64,000 bases of DNA. It comes from Chlorokybus atmophyticus. Its lineage: Eukaryota; Plantae; Mesostigma and Chlorokybus algae. The notes under the pieces are model-generated. The model was not told where the DNA came from. It did no database searches and was given only the letters and a program-made list of their open reading frames with translations. The first letter of the stretch is position 1. Every line of letters begins with the position of its first letter. Below, piece after piece: positions 61,978-64,000 of the stretch. A program made the position numbers and the translations under genes. Where the stretch lies: positions 70,914 through 134,913 of the forward strand of contig RHPI01003256.1 of NCBI GenBank assembly GCA_009103225.1, given 5' to 3'.

Positions 61978-64000
61978 TTACCCCTCCCTTTAAAAAGAAG
62001 AGCTGCGCTCGAAATAAGGCGTCATGTTGGAAACATGCTGAATGTTTTGTGTCTTCCTCCCACCGGGTGTATAGTCCCTCTTCTTCAGCTTGTATGTGTT
62101 AGGGCGGGTGCGTTCTTACATAACATAAAGACCGGACCATCTGGGTTTAAGTTTTGTAGTTTGATGAATAACCCCATCGTGACCATACTTACGTTTCTTG
62201 GAAGTCATGCGGACAGTCTTCACAAGGACCCGATCACCCACAGCGTACTCCACTGTCCTGTGGCGCGCGTCATGATTTTTTTTCTGGCGGTCCTGTGCCG
62301 CACGTAGGTTTTCGGCTGCCACCTCCCGCAGGATAGGCAACTCCTGTGAGAGTTGCTGATACCAAGCGGAGCTGTCGATGGCGGGACCGTACGAGGGTAG
62401 CTGAGCCTGTGGTGGGAGCTGAGCCTCGCGGCCGTACAGCAGACGGAATGGAGTGTGGCCGGTTGAGGCGTGTATGGACGTGTTATAAGCAAATGTTACG
62501 GCCCCCAAAATGCTATCCCAATTGGTGTGGTACTCGTTGATGTATTTGGCGATAGTCCTCTTCAAAGTCCTGTTCATTCTCTCAACCAACCCGTCCATCT
62601 GAGGATAATACGGTGAAGTAAAAGTTTGAGCAATGCCAAGTGCGGCGGCAACGCGAGCCATAACCTCGCCCGTAAAGTATAGGCCGCAATCAGATAAAAT
62701 CTTTTTAGGGCAGCCGTGGCGCTTAATGATGGCGAGAAGAAATGATGCAACTGTGTCAGCGTTGACGGCTGCGATGGCCGCGATCTCTGTCCAACGTGTC
62801 ACATATTCAGAACGTACAATGATGTACTGATTGCCCCCCCCATTGATGTTGGCAGAGGTCCGGTGATGTCCCAAGCCAGTAGATCGAACGGCTTGCCGAC
62901 GGCGATGGGCTGGAGCTCTCCCGCGGCCTTGCCGTGCGTGTCGTTGTGGCGCTGACAGGTGTCACAGCTTCTGACAAAGTTGTGCACGTCAGCACGCAAG
63001 CCGTGCCAAAAGTACGAGGCGCGGACGCGCTCCAAGGTTTTGTGAAAGCCAAGATGCCCCATCAGTGGGTCATCATGGCAGGCTGACAGGTACACGAGAT
63101 AAAAGCGCGCCGGAATGACCAGGAGCGGCTCCGACCCTGCGACGCAGGTGTACAGCAGGTCGCTGTCAGGATCGCCGTGCAGTACGTACGTGAGTGTACC
63201 AGCAGGTACGGTACCCAGGACCCCCGATGCCAGCATGGTGCGCAATTCGCGTAACTTGGGTTCCGTCATCTGGGCCCGCCGTATCTCAGTAACGCTGGGC
63301 AGGTCTGGCCTGGTCGGTCTGAGCAAGGTTGGCGGGGGCGGTGGCGTCTGTGGCGTAGGCAACGGCGGCGGCGGAGGCGATTGCTCATGCTGGTCACCTA
63401 GGGCAGGTAGTATAGCAGGTGACCGGCGTGGTTGCACCGTCGGAGGTGCAGCAGACTATGAGATCTCAGCTGGATTACGCTGAGTGGTAGTGCTTGGGGC
63501 GGCCTTGTAGAGCAGTGCAGGCAGCTGCACAGGGGCGGCGGCGAGGGCGCCGGCGCTGCGGTTGTCCTCATAGGGTTCAGTAGGGTTGTAGGAACCAGCA
63601 GGAACGTCCTGGTAGGGCTCAGGAATGAACGACCAAGTGTCAGTAGAATGGCTTGCAGTAGGTGCAGTACTGGCAACTAACGCTGTCTCCCGTGGCTGCG
63701 GTGCATTGCTGCTGTCTGATGTCTATGAGCGTGTCACTCTGCTTCGTGCTCTGCGTGGTGGCTGTAGCATGTTCGATACCCAACGTGATGCTTGAATGTC
63801 ACCAACCATGTCCACCGGTGCGCGTGAGAGCGCGTCAACATCACCACACAAGGTCCCCGGACGGTGTGTGATAGTGAAGTCATAGGCTTGCAATGACAAC
63901 ACCCACCGGGCAATGCGACCTTTGGGTTGCTTCGTGCGTAGGAGCTGCACCAATGCGCTATGATCCGTTTCGATGTACACATCCGCGCCATGTAGGTAGG
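61802..64000 (-). mobile_element. Degenerate Ty3/Gypsy retrotransposon (RNase H end, integrase, PPT, LTR), continuing beyond the window
   Basis: IETDHSAL..GRIARW..LQAYDFTITHRPG..VDALSR; zinc finger CHDDPLMGHLG..SCDTCQ; WDITGP, LSDCG and DGLVERMNRT; GDRVLVK...KLKPRWSG. A frameshift at a G8 run (~62835-62842), an in-frame stop at 62116 and further breaks near 63437-63720 indicate a pseudogenised pol. Confidence 0.9.

Noticed and set aside
61802-64000. Either Gypsy element in the window as helper for the TRIM
   Set aside because: LTR termini and PPT differ (TGTAGCGG..GCCACA versus TGTAACGG..GTGACA); the DNMT element shows no matching ends or PBS.

Overview
Eukaryotic, intron-rich nuclear DNA. 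The gene set (plastid-targeted CHLD, a PKD2-type channel, a Ty3/Gypsy element carrying a C5 DNA methyltransferase) suggests a streptophyte (charophyte-like) green alga; this is an inference. Host genes: DUF3177 plastid membrane protein (-), PTAC16/TIC62-like double-Rossmann protein with a repeat tail (-), PKD2/polycystin-like channel (+), CHLD (-), small secreted Cys/aliphatic protein (+), SNAPC4-like multi-Myb protein (-), PHT4/SLC17 anion transporter (+), and a DUF1279/FAM210 protein whose N-terminal motif is expanded ninefold (-). Mobile DNA: (1) a tandem-array miniature LTR element (TRIM) at 1128-3034 with four 79-bp LTRs, a 5-bp TSD, a PBS and a PPT. A tRNA-type Pol III A box sits in its LTR and a B box just beyond the PBS, at tRNA spacing. 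(2) A TA-flanked MITE nested in that TRIM. (3) A roughly 10-kb Ty3/Gypsy element ordered gag-[unknown]-protease-DNMT-RT-RNaseH-integrase-PHD. (4) A degenerate Gypsy element running off the right edge. (5) A degenerate inverted-repeat element with a 60-bp array. Assembly artefacts are likely at N20578, N36004 and the gap 47239-47413. All calls are by eye; no database search was run, and boundaries of multi-exon genes are approximate where stated.
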